Positions 1-9,400 of a DNA stretch of 32,000 nucleotides are shown here, one piece after another. The first letter of the stretch is position 1. Every line of letters starts with the position of its first letter. The stretch comes from Pyrolobus fumarii 1A (GTDB taxonomy: Archaea; Thermoproteota; Thermoprotei_A; Sulfolobales; Pyrodictiaceae), in the NCBI RefSeq assembly GCF_000223395.1, contig NC_015931.1:1230001-1262000 (forward strand), given 5' to 3'. The translations under genes were made by a program, and so were the position numbers. The notes under the pieces are model-generated. The model searched no databases and had not been told where the DNA came from. It saw only the letters and a program-made list of their open reading frames with translations.

Positions 1-636
1 CCCACCACCAGGGGCTCTCTTTCACCGATTCGAGGCCTAGAGAGGAGCATACGCGTGATACTAGCTGGGTACGGGTTCCAAGAGGTGTATAGCTTCACGC
101 TGACAAGCTGCGAGAGACAAGAGGAGCTAGGAGCAGTACCTACAACGATGCTCGTGAGGGTCGCAAACCCAGTCAGCAGGGAGCTAGCCTGCCTGCGCGC
201 CTCGATAACCCCCCAGCTCCTAGAGCTGGCCGCCCAGAACCAGCACATCGTGCCACTCCGCATATTCGAGATGGGGGATGTGGCCCTCGTGGACGAGAGT
301 CGACCCGAGAAGGTAAGGATTGAGAAACATCTAGCAATACTATTGATGGATGAGCGCGTAGGCTATGAGGATATCCAGTCGTACGTGTGGGGTCTTGTAA
401 GGCTCCTGGGCGACGAGATAAGGGAAGTTGAGGAGGTAGACCATCCGCTGTTGATACCAGGTAGGGCCGCGAGGATAAAGACACGAGACGGCCTGGAGGG
501 CATCCTAGGCGAGGTACACCCAGCACACCTAGAGAAGCTAGAGATACGCTACCCAGTCGCAATAGCCGAGCTAAGGTATGACACAGTAGCAAAACCGCGC
601 CTAGCCAACCCCTACAAAGCTCTCCACAGCAGCTAG
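1..636 (+). CDS. pheT: Phenylalanyl-tRNA synthetase beta subunit, C-terminal part (5' end lies outside the window)
   Basis: Frame 1 is open from base 1 to the TAG at 634-636. The translation (...ILAGYGFQEVYSFTLTS...ANPVSRELACLRASITPQLLELAAQN...IFEMGDV...) matches the conserved C-terminal core of archaeal/eukaryal-type PheRS beta chains as I remember them. The GTG at 55 used by the ORF track is probably internal. Confidence 0.8.
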   Translation, partial: PTTRGSLSPIRGLERSIRVILAGYGFQEVYSFTLTSCERQEELGAVPTTMLVRVANPVSRELACLRASITPQLLELAAQNQHIVPLRIFEMGDVALVDESRPEKVRIEKHLAILLMDERVGYEDIQSYVWGLVRLLGDEIREVEEVDHPLLIPGRAARIKTRDGLEGILGEVHPAHLEKLEIRYPVAIAELRYDTVAKPRLANPYKALHSS

Positions 637-708
637 AGCATCAGACAGACATATATGCGGTGCAACAACTAGAGCGCTGGCAAGCAACTACTAGAATTAA
701 CAGAAAGT

Positions 709-2173
709 CTAGTGTATCGTCCTTGATGCGAATCTCTTTGCAATTCTCCACTTTACTGTATAGTCTGCCTCGCTGAGCTTTACACCCAATATCCTCTCTA
801 TAGCTCGTCTCGGCGTGCCACGTTGCAAAGGCAGACCGAGAAGAGCGAACTGAACCCCCCCAATAATAACCGGGTTAACTACTCGAAGCTTCATGTTAAT
901 ATTGAACCCGGCATCCTGAAGAGCATCCATGGGATACACAGAGAAGACACCATCTGGGTGATGATCGGGAGTCAATCTTTCAGTTATAATGTCACTTGAA
1001 TAGTAATGAGATATCGTATAGCCTTTATCATGATCAGGTAACACGATAACATGCGGATACCTCTCATTGAACGGGCCCGGGTCATAGAACTCTCGTGGCT
1101 CGACAAGACGTACACCCTCTATCTCAGACAATATGCGGATAACATGATCTATAAGCTCAGCCTTACGTACAACAACACCATACATATGACATGGTTGTAA
1201 GGCTTCAGAATTAACCCAATCTAGAAACATACTACGCATCACCACCTTGCTTCTCGTCATCCTTGAAACGAGTCTAGCAGCTCGCCTCGCTACACCTCTA
1301 AGCCGAAGCCTCTCAAGTAAATACACTAATCTAGGGTTGACACAGAGCACTGTACGTTTGTGCAGCTCAGGTGTATGCGGGGGTGCCCTGGTGGGGTCAC
1401 TGGTAAAGCGCGCCAATCCAGCCTTGTGCAGTGCCACGTTGACATGTATAACACGCTTGTATAGTGTAAAGCCGTGGTCCGATACAACCATTACCACATC
1501 GAACTTCGATAGACCTTCCTCTACAATTGCATCGATAGCTTCAAGGAATAGCTTCTCACCCTCAACGAACCTCTCTACTGCATCCGGACATACATGCAAA
1601 AGCCTATCCGGATAGTTAGTCGCGATCCAGACATAATCAAAGTTTTCAGCTTTCTCTAGAAGCTCGAGATAACCATTAGCAATAGCAGCATAATCTTCTA
1701 CATCACACTTCTCGGGAGCTGGTGCCTCGCGAGGGAATAGCCGGGCATATCTCTTAACAAATTCACCATGGTAGACTAACTTGTGCGAAAACATTTCCAA
1801 TGACAATACATTGAGGTTTTTTACTGGTATTATTGGCGTACTTGGCACTGGGTTAACAACCAACACCCTACGACCCATCATAGCAGCCACTTCGAATATC
1901 CGCGGTACTTCAAGATCATATGCCGTCACAAGCTGCCCATCTAACGTGTGGAAATCTATGATTCCATGTTGCGACGGACGTAGCCCAGTCTCTATGCTTG
2001 CCCAAGAAGGCCATGTTATCGGGGGGTACCGGTTTGTACACACGATTTACAGCGAAGAGCGCATCATTTGAAGCGAATATGCGAAGGTGTTTATACGCCA
2101 ATAGCTTCCGTTTGAGAAAGTTTGGCGACAACCCATCAAGGCCAACCACAAGTACTTTGAGCTTCTTTGGCAA
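709..2173 (-). pseudogene. Alkaline-phosphatase-superfamily type I phosphodiesterase/nucleotide pyrophosphatase, split by a -1/+1 frameshift (true pseudogene or sequencing error)
   Basis: Two minus-strand ORFs lie in different frames. ORF 1916..2173 (TTG start, MPKKLKVLVVGLDGLSPNFL) carries the N-terminal metal-binding DG motif. ORF 709..2043 (YPPITWPSWASIETGLRPSQHGI, VMVVSDHGF) carries the nucleophile-Thr motif and the distal metal-site motif. The second frame has a stop at 2047-2049. Removing one base from the G6 run at 2021..2026 joins the frames as ...NRVYKPVPPITWPSWASIETG..., which fits the family consensus around the nucleophile. Confidence 0.6.
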
Positions 2174-2197
2174 TACTTTTGCCCTTGTATTGTGCCT

Positions 2198-3025
2198 TTA
2201 GAGCCAAACCTCTTCTTTAGTCTCGCTCTTCAACTTCCTCATGTACTCTTCGGGTGGCACGTAGAAGTTCAGCTTTGCCTCGTGATAGTCTCTTATCACT
2301 TGGCGCGCCGCCTCATCTATGTTCGGCTCGCCTGTCGTCTTGTACCTCCACCCTCTCTTGATGGCTATCAATTCTAGTATGCGAAGGGGGTCCGTCTCCT
2401 CGATGCCGTACGCGTCGACAACTGCGCGCGGGTTGTAGCGGAGCGCCTTCTTGAGCAGTTCTATCGCAGGGTTTACCGGGTCCTTCAGTTGCTCCGGCGG
2501 TTTACCGCGAATCACGGCTTCGAGGCTACCACCCTCAACCGGTATCACGCCGGGAGAGTCGAGCATGTACATACTCTGACCGATACGGTAGAGCTGCACG
2601 TGCCGCGTGTACCCTGGGCTACCGGGTATGGGGCTCGTTGATGCCGCGTGTTTGCCCTTAAGCGCGTTTATCACAGTGGACTTGCCGGTTTTCGGGAATC
2701 CGGTCACAGCTACGATGATGGGCCTCGCCTCTACAGCCCTCTTTATCGCCACTCGTAGCTTGCGCGTACCCATATGCTCCCTAGCCGCCATGTAGACCGC
2801 TGTGTACCCCATATCCTCGAAGAGCCTCTTCCACTTCTCAGCAACCTCCCGGGGCACCAGGTCAGACTTGTTTATCACGATGATGAGCTTCTTGCCAAGA
2901 GCCTCTACTAGACGCTCAAGACGCCTACTCCTGGTTGCCATAGGATCCCTCGCGTCAACAACCTCCAGTACAACGTCAGCCCTCCTCACGAGCCACGCAA
3001 TGGTCTTCCACGACGCCAGTATCAA
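2198..3025 (-). CDS. Circularly permuted GTPase of the YlqF/RbgA (MMR1/HSR1) ribosome-biogenesis type
   Basis: The G-motif order is permuted: G4 (VINKSDL) precedes G1 (GFPKTGKST) and G3 (DSPG). The start is TTG, immediately after an in-frame stop. The stop lies 25 nt upstream of the phosphodiesterase start, so the two are probably co-transcribed. Confidence 0.85.
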   Translation of the reverse strand: MILASWKTIAWLVRRADVVLEVVDARDPMATRSRRLERLVEALGKKLIIVINKSDLVPREVAEKWKRLFEDMGYTAVYMAAREHMGTRKLRVAIKRAVEARPIIVAVTGFPKTGKSTVINALKGKHAASTSPIPGSPGYTRHVQLYRIGQSMYMLDSPGVIPVEGGSLEAVIRGKPPEQLKDPVNPAIELLKKALRYNPRAVVDAYGIEETDPLRILELIAIKRGWRYKTTGEPNIDEAARQVIRDYHEAKLNFYVPPEEYMRKLKSETKEEVWL

Positions 3026-3137
3026 CTATGCTGCACCCCAGCCCTACTCGTCAAGTACCATGCACCGCCTCGGCCCTAATTTAGGAGGCTATCATCAACT
3101 AGCGGGGCCCATCCTTACGCGTCAGCCCCAAGGTCCA

Positions 3138-3533
3138 ATGGTGGAAGGTGGAAGAGCGCAACAATGCGTGTATAGCTTGCTGGGGTCAACCACCCAAGAG
3201 GGGTGCGCTACCATCGCCGAGTATGAGGGCGAGACGCTACGCAAGAGGATAATCTCGCTCCTAAAGGAGTCTAGCAGGCCTCTGACCGCCAGGGAGATCG
3301 GGGACCTCCTAGGCCTCGACCCGAGGGAGGAGAAGAGGGTATACGAGGAGATTATGCATGCAGCCAAGAGCCTAGCTAGGCAGACGAACCTCAGGATATA
3401 CATGGTGCCCCCGAGGTGCGCGAAATGCGGCTACACATTCACAGACCTAAAGAAGGCTAAGAAGCCCAGCAGATGCCCAAAATGCAAGAGCGAGAGGATA
3501 CTCCCACCAGCCTTCTACATAGACGAGGCGTGA
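3138..3533 (+). CDS. Small transcriptional regulator with a winged-helix domain and a C-terminal zinc ribbon (COG3357-like)
   Basis: LRKRIISLLKESSRPLTAREIGDLLGLDPREEKRVYEEIMHAAKSLAR is HTH-like. It is followed by CAKCGYTF...RCPKCKSERI, a CxxC...CxxC ribbon. The track ORF starts at 2802, but its first ~110 codons are antisense to the GTPase gene. ATG 3138 is the first start downstream of a TATA-like 'ctaatttagg' (~3076-3087). The true start could also be 3060, 3168 or 3177. Confidence 0.6.
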   Translation: MVEGGRAQQCVYSLLGSTTQEGCATIAEYEGETLRKRIISLLKESSRPLTAREIGDLLGLDPREEKRVYEEIMHAAKSLARQTNLRIYMVPPRCAKCGYTFTDLKKAKKPSRCPKCKSERILPPAFYIDEA

Positions 3534-3740
3534 CGAGAGGAGGTTGACACCGGCCTCGCCGGACCCCCGCCCATCCAGGGCCCACGGCCCAGTAGCGGGG
3601 AGTCCCGGGGTCCACCCACTAGGGTATAGCCCGACCAGTTTTCAGCATCATCGCCTTGGGGCCGCGCGGCAGACGCATCAACCTAAGAAGCTAGAAAGCC
3701 TAAAACGGGGACCTATTGTCTTAGAGGAGCCACGGAAGCT

Positions 3741-3828
3741 GCGGGGGTGCCCGAGCCAGGTCAAAGGGGGCGGGCTTAGGACCCGCTGGCGTAGGCCTGC
3801 GTGGGTTCAAATCCCACCCCCCGCACCA
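3741..3828 (+). tRNA. tRNA-Leu (anticodon UAG) with a long variable arm and genomically encoded CCA
   Basis: Manual cloverleaf. The acceptor stem GCGGGGG pairs with CCCCCGC. The anticodon stem GCGGG/CCCGC encloses the loop CTTAGGA, giving anticodon TAG. There is a ~15-nt variable arm. The T arm is GTGGG-TTCAAAT-CCCAC. The discriminator is A, followed by CCA at 3826-3828. No intron is present. Confidence 0.9.
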
Positions 3829-3972
3829 CACGCCTTCTGCCCCTAGAAACACGCGGGATAGCCGCTCGCTGTTTACCTGGCTTTGCCTTTGTCCACCCAT
3901 CTGCACATTCTGTGGCAAAGTACATTGATAATAAGGATGGGTGTGGGCTTAGAGCTAGTTAGGGGTTAGGGT

Positions 3973-4326
3973 TTGCCCTTCGCATCGGGGTTTGTGCTAC
4001 TAACGGCAGAGTACAAGGATGAGCCGAAGAGAAGCGAGGTTAAGAAGCACCTGGAGAGTCTGGGGTTCGAGGTTTATGACATAGGCGACCCTTACCGTAT
4101 AGTCTTCTACGTGGAGGTCGACGACCTGGGCGGGTTAGAGCGGATTATAAAGGCTGCCGAGACCCACGAGGGTATCGCGAAGGCGTACATAGTCTATGGC
4201 TTCCTGGGCGACAGTGAGACTAAGAGGAGAATAAACGAGGCTCTCCTGAGTGGAGAGGCTGAGCTAGACGAGTCTACAAGGGAACTTATAGAGTGGATAC
4301 TCTCGAGGCTGAAAGCTCAGGGCTAA
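3973..4326 (+). CDS. Small cytoplasmic protein with a ferredoxin-like beta-alpha-beta-beta-alpha-beta pattern (NapD-like or stand-alone RAM/ACT-like) plus a helical tail
   Basis: 117 aa with no signal peptide. The segment FVLLTAEY...EVKKHLESLGFEVYDIG..YRIVFYVEVDDLGGLERIIKAAETHEGIAKAYIVYG follows the pattern I remember for NapD (and for RAM domains). The start is TTG 3973, with GTG 3991 as an alternative. A TATA-like 'ttgataataa' sits at 3925-3934. The 3' end overlaps the convergent napH-like gene by 4 nt. Confidence 0.5.
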   Translation: MPFASGFVLLTAEYKDEPKRSEVKKHLESLGFEVYDIGDPYRIVFYVEVDDLGGLERIIKAAETHEGIAKAYIVYGFLGDSETKRRINEALLSGEAELDESTRELIEWILSRLKAQG

Positions 4327-5258
4327 GCCTTTCTTCTCTCGTCTCCTCCTCTTGTTCTACGCCGAGGCAGGCCTATTGTAAGGGCTAGTACCCTCTCTGG
4401 ACATACTTCGACGCACCTACCGCACCTGAAGCACCGGTAATCTCTGATATCCTCACCTCTCTTCGCGATATTCGCGACATCTATTGTCATTGGGCACACT
4501 ACGCTACACAATTGGCAGAATGTGCACCTATTACTGGCTACTGTTTTTACGGTCAACAGGCTATACTTGTTCATCACGTGGCCGAATATGTTGCCCGCGG
4601 GGCATATGAACCTACACCATAGCCTCTTTACGCCGAACACTCTCTCAGCAACAATGTTGATCGCGAGCGCCGCTAGCGTTGTGGTGACCCATGCGATTGC
4701 CAGGCTTATTGTCGCCCCGGGCACGTTATACAGTATACCGACTAGCGTCGCAGCTAGCTTCGTGGTACCTGCGATCGGCGATATTGTCGTGAAGAATGGC
4801 TGAGCGAACACTACGCTAAGCAGTAGGAATGCTATCATCGCCGCAACTGGCACCAGCTTCTCTAAACGCCCGGCCTCATGTGGCCTTGCGAATCTCGGGC
4901 TTCTAGGCGTTGCCAGTTTACGCTCGAATATCGAGAATAGCATGTCCATCGGGCAGACCCACCCGCAGAAGAATCTCCCGAGCACACTATAGAGGGTGAA
5001 CACCACGAGAACAGCAATGATAGACTCTAGCGTCGCTTGGTGCGAGGCTACGAGCTGCTCGAGCCACGCGAATATATCGAGCATTGGTATCGTCTTGAGT
5101 ATCCTCGAGGAGGCTAGGCTACCCTCTATTATTGCCCCGTGGAACAACACCTGCGTGGCAAACAGCAACAGCAATGCTACCTGCATAGAGCGTCGTAGTA
5201 GCGTGTACTTGCCTCTAGGCGGCCTGCCTCTCAGGATAGCAAAGAGTTTCCTAACCAT
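4323..5258 (-). CDS. napH: NapH/MauN-type membrane polyferredoxin (quinol dehydrogenase membrane subunit, COG0348)
   Basis: About four TM helices are present, with the two family-typical CxxCP motifs (FFCGWVCPMDMLF and LWCRFICPAGNIFG). The C-terminus carries two CxxCxxCxxxCP ferredoxin motifs (CTFCQLCSVVCP, CFRCGRCVEVCP). I prefer ATG 5258 as the start: it is preceded by gagggtga and lies 11 nt after the napG stop. The track's 5321 start would overlap napG by 53 nt. Confidence 0.8.
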   Translation of the reverse strand: MVRKLFAILRGRPPRGKYTLLRRSMQVALLLLFATQVLFHGAIIEGSLASSRILKTIPMLDIFAWLEQLVASHQATLESIIAVLVVFTLYSVLGRFFCGWVCPMDMLFSIFERKLATPRSPRFARPHEAGRLEKLVPVAAMIAFLLLSVVFAQPFFTTISPIAGTTKLAATLVGILYNVPGATISLAIAWVTTTLAALAINIVAERVFGVKRLWCRFICPAGNIFGHVMNKYSLLTVKTVASNRCTFCQLCSVVCPMTIDVANIAKRGEDIRDYRCFRCGRCVEVCPERVLALTIGLPRRRTRGGDERRKA

Positions 5259-5268
5259 GCTCTCACCC

Positions 5269-6279
5269 TCAACTCTCCTCATTCTCTGTCTCGAGAGTCT
5301 CAACAACTTTCTCGGAGACAATACCCCTAATGTTTATGATATAGTCGCTATTGACTATCATCGCCCTGAACGTCGCCTTTTCAGGATTCTCGCGCTCAGT
5401 ACGAAGTATCAACTCGAGATACTCTTCATAGCTCATACCAGTATTCTTGAAGTTCTTGGCTCTCCTCTCGTACTCCTCCCTAGGCAGAACGTGAATCGCA
5501 CTACCGTTTACCGGGCAGGCCGACACACACTGCCCGCAACCAGTGCACTTCTCTGGCCTCACCCGCGTGTGGACACCCCACTCGTTAAACGTGAACTCGA
5601 AAACCTCGGTGCCGAAGGGACACGCCTTTGCACAGCTGTAGCACTCGCCGCTGTTCCAAGCCCAGCATAGATCCGGGTCTATCATAGCGACGCCCATCCT
5701 AACCTCCTTGGGCTTAACTTCTCTCAATGCACCAGTGGGGCACACAATAGTACACTTCATGCACAGGGTACACGGGTAATGCATAACATCTGGCACTATG
5801 GGCGTCCCTACACGCTCAAGCCCGCCCTCAACGCCAACGAGCCTTATAGCATAGTATCCCTCGTACAGGCAGGCATAGTAGCACAACCCGCAACGTACAC
5901 ATTTTGCATAAAAGTCTTCATCAGCACCTGGCGGTAAAAGCTCAAACCTATCCTCCTCGTAGGGCTTCACGTATGTCATGCACCGGTCGGGAAGCAAAGG
6001 ATTAGCAACACAGATCTTACCGTCACGCTCTATAAGTAGTCCAAGCGACTTGTAATACTCGTACCTTTCCCTATCACGCTCCGCATCAATCTCAAACTCC
6101 ACATAGTATACATTTTCTCCGCTTCTCTCGTTGCCGGCGCCGCGAGTCCCCTCTCCAGCCGCGAAGGAGGATGCCACGCTTCCAATACTAGCTGCTACTA
6201 CACCAGCCCCTACTGCCTTCAGAAACTCTCGACGTGAAAGGCGTGTAACACCACTTTTATCCATTACTCTTACCCCCAC
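5269..6279 (-). CDS. napG: NapG-like Tat-exported four-cluster [4Fe-4S] ferredoxin
   Basis: The N-terminus has a twin-arginine signal (SRREFLKAVGAGVVAAS). Four Cys clusters follow: CVRCGLCYYAC, CTLCMKCTIVCP, C..x7..CYSCAKACP and CTGCGQCVSACP. The gene sits directly upstream of the napH-like gene. Confidence 0.8.
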   Translation of the reverse strand: MGVRVMDKSGVTRLSRREFLKAVGAGVVAASIGSVASSFAAGEGTRGAGNERSGENVYYVEFEIDAERDRERYEYYKSLGLLIERDGKICVANPLLPDRCMTYVKPYEEDRFELLPPGADEDFYAKCVRCGLCYYACLYEGYYAIRLVGVEGGLERVGTPIVPDVMHYPCTLCMKCTIVCPTGALREVKPKEVRMGVAMIDPDLCWAWNSGECYSCAKACPFGTEVFEFTFNEWGVHTRVRPEKCTGCGQCVSACPVNGSAIHVLPREEYERRAKNFKNTGMSYEEYLELILRTERENPEKATFRAMIVNSDYIINIRGIVSEKVVETLETENEES

Positions 6280-6419
6280 ATCGCTTGTTTTTCACGACTC
6301 TCTCAATGTCGAAGGTTGTCTTGAAAACATTTCCCCAGATAGGACAGTAGTTTATCATCGGGAGGAATGTAGATGAGGATAACGAAAAGCAGGAAAGAGA
6401 CCAAAAAGTGTATTTAGTT

Positions 6420-6428
6420 AAAAAAAAA
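6420..6428 (-). terminator. T9 run 25 nt downstream of the NapA-like stop codon (archaeal oligo-T terminator candidate)
   Basis: The plus strand reads A9 at 6420-6428, which is T9 on the coding strand. It lies within a 174-nt spacer between the napA-like and napG-like genes. Confidence 0.4.
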
Positions 6429-6453
6429 GTATGTAGTGTGCGAAACTAACCGG

Positions 6454-9400
6454 TTAGTAGGCTAAGCTGTACTTGGGCTTACCAGTCTGCTCGGCCTCGG
6501 ACTTTGGTATCTCGTCGGGCCTTGCCTTCCTTATCCTCGCTGCACACGTCTTGAAGTCTGGCTGGAAGAAGTACGGCTGCACGTCGTAGTTGTCTAGTGT
6601 TAGCGCGTTGGCTAGCTTGTTCGGATCGAACCATGGCACGAACACGTAGTCGATTCTTGGGCCGCCTAGACCGGTCTTCGGGTCTAGTATGACCGCCTTC
6701 ACGGTCAGCTTACCGCGTGGGCTCTCAATCGTCACCCAGTCGCCCTTCTTGATACCGAGCTTCTCGGCTAGCTCCTTGGGTATCTCGACGTAGGCCTCTG
6801 GCTTCGACTTCATAATCTCTGGCACCTTGCCGGTCATTGTCGCCGTGTGCCAGTGCTCGACAATCCTACCTGTGGTTACCACAAGTGGATACTCCGTCGC
6901 ATCCCTCACAGTGATGACACGCCCGTCCTCAGTCCTGTATCTTAGCGCGAAGCCCGGCACCTCAGCAGGCGCTAACGCAATCTCGAAGAGCGCCTGGATG
7001 TCACCCTTGTACTTCTTTACAGCCTCGCCCCAGCTCATCGTCTCGAGTATCTTTAGCGCCTTCTCTGGGTCGCCGCTGGCTGGGTACGCCTTGTACGTCT
7101 TCACGACAGTGAATGGTCCCTTGGGCGCCGCGAATACCGATATCTTGCCCTGCTTCAATACTAGGTTAGCGTCTAGCTTCATCTCTTGTATTATCACCTC
7201 CTTGTTGATCTTGACCTCGCCAGTCTCATGGTCCATCTTGATTGGTAGCCATGGCCTCGCCCAGATGGTCATCCTACCGGTCGGCTTGGCGTAGAACACC
7301 ACATACCAGCTCTCTGGCACCTTGCTAGCCTTCTTGTACTCGATGTCATCTATCTCCTCTACGATGTGCTTGAGCACCCACTTCATGAGCACTGGGTTCT
7401 TGGCTAGGCTGCCAAGCCACTTGTGCTTGTGTATCGGGTGCACCACGTTCTCGTCGAGGCTCTCTATGTACTTCTGTATCTCCTCGGGGCTGTTCATGTT
7501 CTTAATGTCATTGTATATCTTCTTGATGACGTCTGGGTCGGGCATTAGCGGGTCGTACGGGTAGGAGTACCTGCCGCAGGACTTGTACTTCTCATACCTC
7601 GCTTTGACGCTCGGGTTAGTCGCATACTGCTCTGGCCATGGCCACCTGAAGCCAGCCTCCAGCTTCCTGAATAACTCGCGCTTCACGTAGCTGAAGTCGT
7701 AGTAGGTGTTCTTGGCTAGGCTTAGTATGTCACGGTCCCATATCCTAGTGACGAACTCCTGGTGCCACTTCTTGTCACGGCTCTTCTCCACGATGTACTG
7801 GACCCAGCTCTTGCCTGCAGCCTTGGCCGCCTTGTCGACATCCTCTGGGAAGAAGCCGCTCACAAGACCCTTCGCAATTATACCCTCGTCTTCAAGCGCC
7901 TTACCGACCATCGCGAAGATTATGTGGTCAGCTACGGCCTCGCCCGGCGGTGTTATCAGGTACCTTGCTACGCTGTAGCGCCTCTCGCTACAACCGTACT
8001 TGAACTCCTTCTCGGACCAGGCCGCCGCCGGGAGTATCAGGTCTGCGACATCGGTGGTCCTTGTTGGGTAGATGTCGCTCACTATAACGAATGGGAACGC
8101 GGGATCATCGTCGTGCGGCTTTACCATACCAAGCCTGAACTTGTATACATTTGGTAGGCTGTGACCTGGGTTCGTCTCAGCGATCCACACTACCTTGATG
8201 ATACCCGCGCCAATCCTGCGGAATAGCTCAACAGCGTGTGGACCCGGAACCGGGTGCACATATACCTTCTCGATCTCCTTTTTGATCTGCTCTGGCGAGT
8301 AGCCACGCTCCTTTAGGTATTCCTCGGTGAGCTTCCTCCAGATCTTCTCCACCTGCTCCCTTGCTGCCTTCTTGGCGATCAGCCTACCGTATGGCAGGAC
8401 GTGAGCCAGGCCACCCTGGTCTCTAATGCCGCCACAGGCGTTCGGCTGACCAGTCAAGCTCCAAGTGCCGGAACCATACTTGCCAATCTTGCCTGTGAGC
8501 GCTAGTAGGTTGATTATGCTGTTAACAGCGTGCACACCCTGTATCTTCTGGTTGATGCCCATAGTCCAGAAGACTAGGATCCTGCCCCTCGCTATCCACT
8601 TCGCAGCAAGCCTAAGCGCCTCTACCGGGTCGATCTCAATGAATGGCGTGTCCTCCATCTTCACCTTGTCTGGGCTCAACTCGCCAGCCTTGATCAGCTT
8701 CTCAGCAGTCTCCTTGTTGATGAGTGGCTTCTGGTCGCCGAAGAGTATCTTAGCCATAACCTCCGGCTTGTAGAACTCAAGGAACTTGAGGTATAGCGCG
8801 AATCCTCTCCACCAGTCCTTCTCTATCTCCTCCTCACTCGTGTACTTCTTACCGATGCTCGGGTACACCTTGTAGTTGGCAGCGTTGCTGGCAGTGGTAC
8901 CCATGTCCCAGACCTTATTCAAGTCGCCAAGGTTGTTCAGCGGTGTGTTGTAATCCTTGAGTGCCCAGGTCTTCGCGGTCTCAACGGGTATCGCGAAGTC
9001 CGCGTGCCTCTTGAGCCACTTTAGGTCGATGTACTCGCCCTTGCACTCAACCTTACCCTCCTTGACGTCAATCACCTTACACTTGTCTAGCTCGAACGCC
9101 ACTATGTGGGCGAGCGTGTGGAGAAGCGCAACGTCCATACTCCAACGGATTGGCAGCCATAGGTCGGCAATGGTACCGCTCCTGGTCTTCCTGGGGTCAG
9201 CTAGTATCACCTTGGCATTCGGGTTTTTCTTCTTCACCTCAGAGATGCGGCCGAAGAGTATTGGATGCGCCTCAGCAGTATTGCTACCGATTATCATGAA
9301 TGTATCTGCATGCACGCCCAGATCGGGCTCCGGCACGTCTATGTAGTCGTAGCTTACCTCAGGCTCATCAGCACCAAAGCTGGATATGTAACCGCCAACG

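Noticed and set aside
2802-3137. N-terminal 112 codons of the track ORF 2802..3533.
   Set aside because: This part is antisense to the GTPase gene and its sequence is Ser/Thr/Arg-rich filler. The recognisable HTH/zinc-ribbon protein begins only after the GTPase start, so I moved the start to 3138.
3544-3846. A 100-aa plus-strand ORF covering the spacer and the tRNA-Leu gene, together with the 65-aa reverse ORF 3721..3918.
   Set aside because: Both run straight through a well-folding tRNA gene. Their Pro/Arg/Gly-rich translations are typical of GC-rich non-coding sequence.
6446-6457. A perfect 12-nt palindrome, CTAACCGGTTAG, overlapping the NapA-like stop codon.
   Set aside because: It has no loop, so it is not a hairpin terminator. 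It occurs once and overlaps coding sequence, and the resemblance to CCGGTTAA upstream of HAO-2 is weak. It is probably coincidental.
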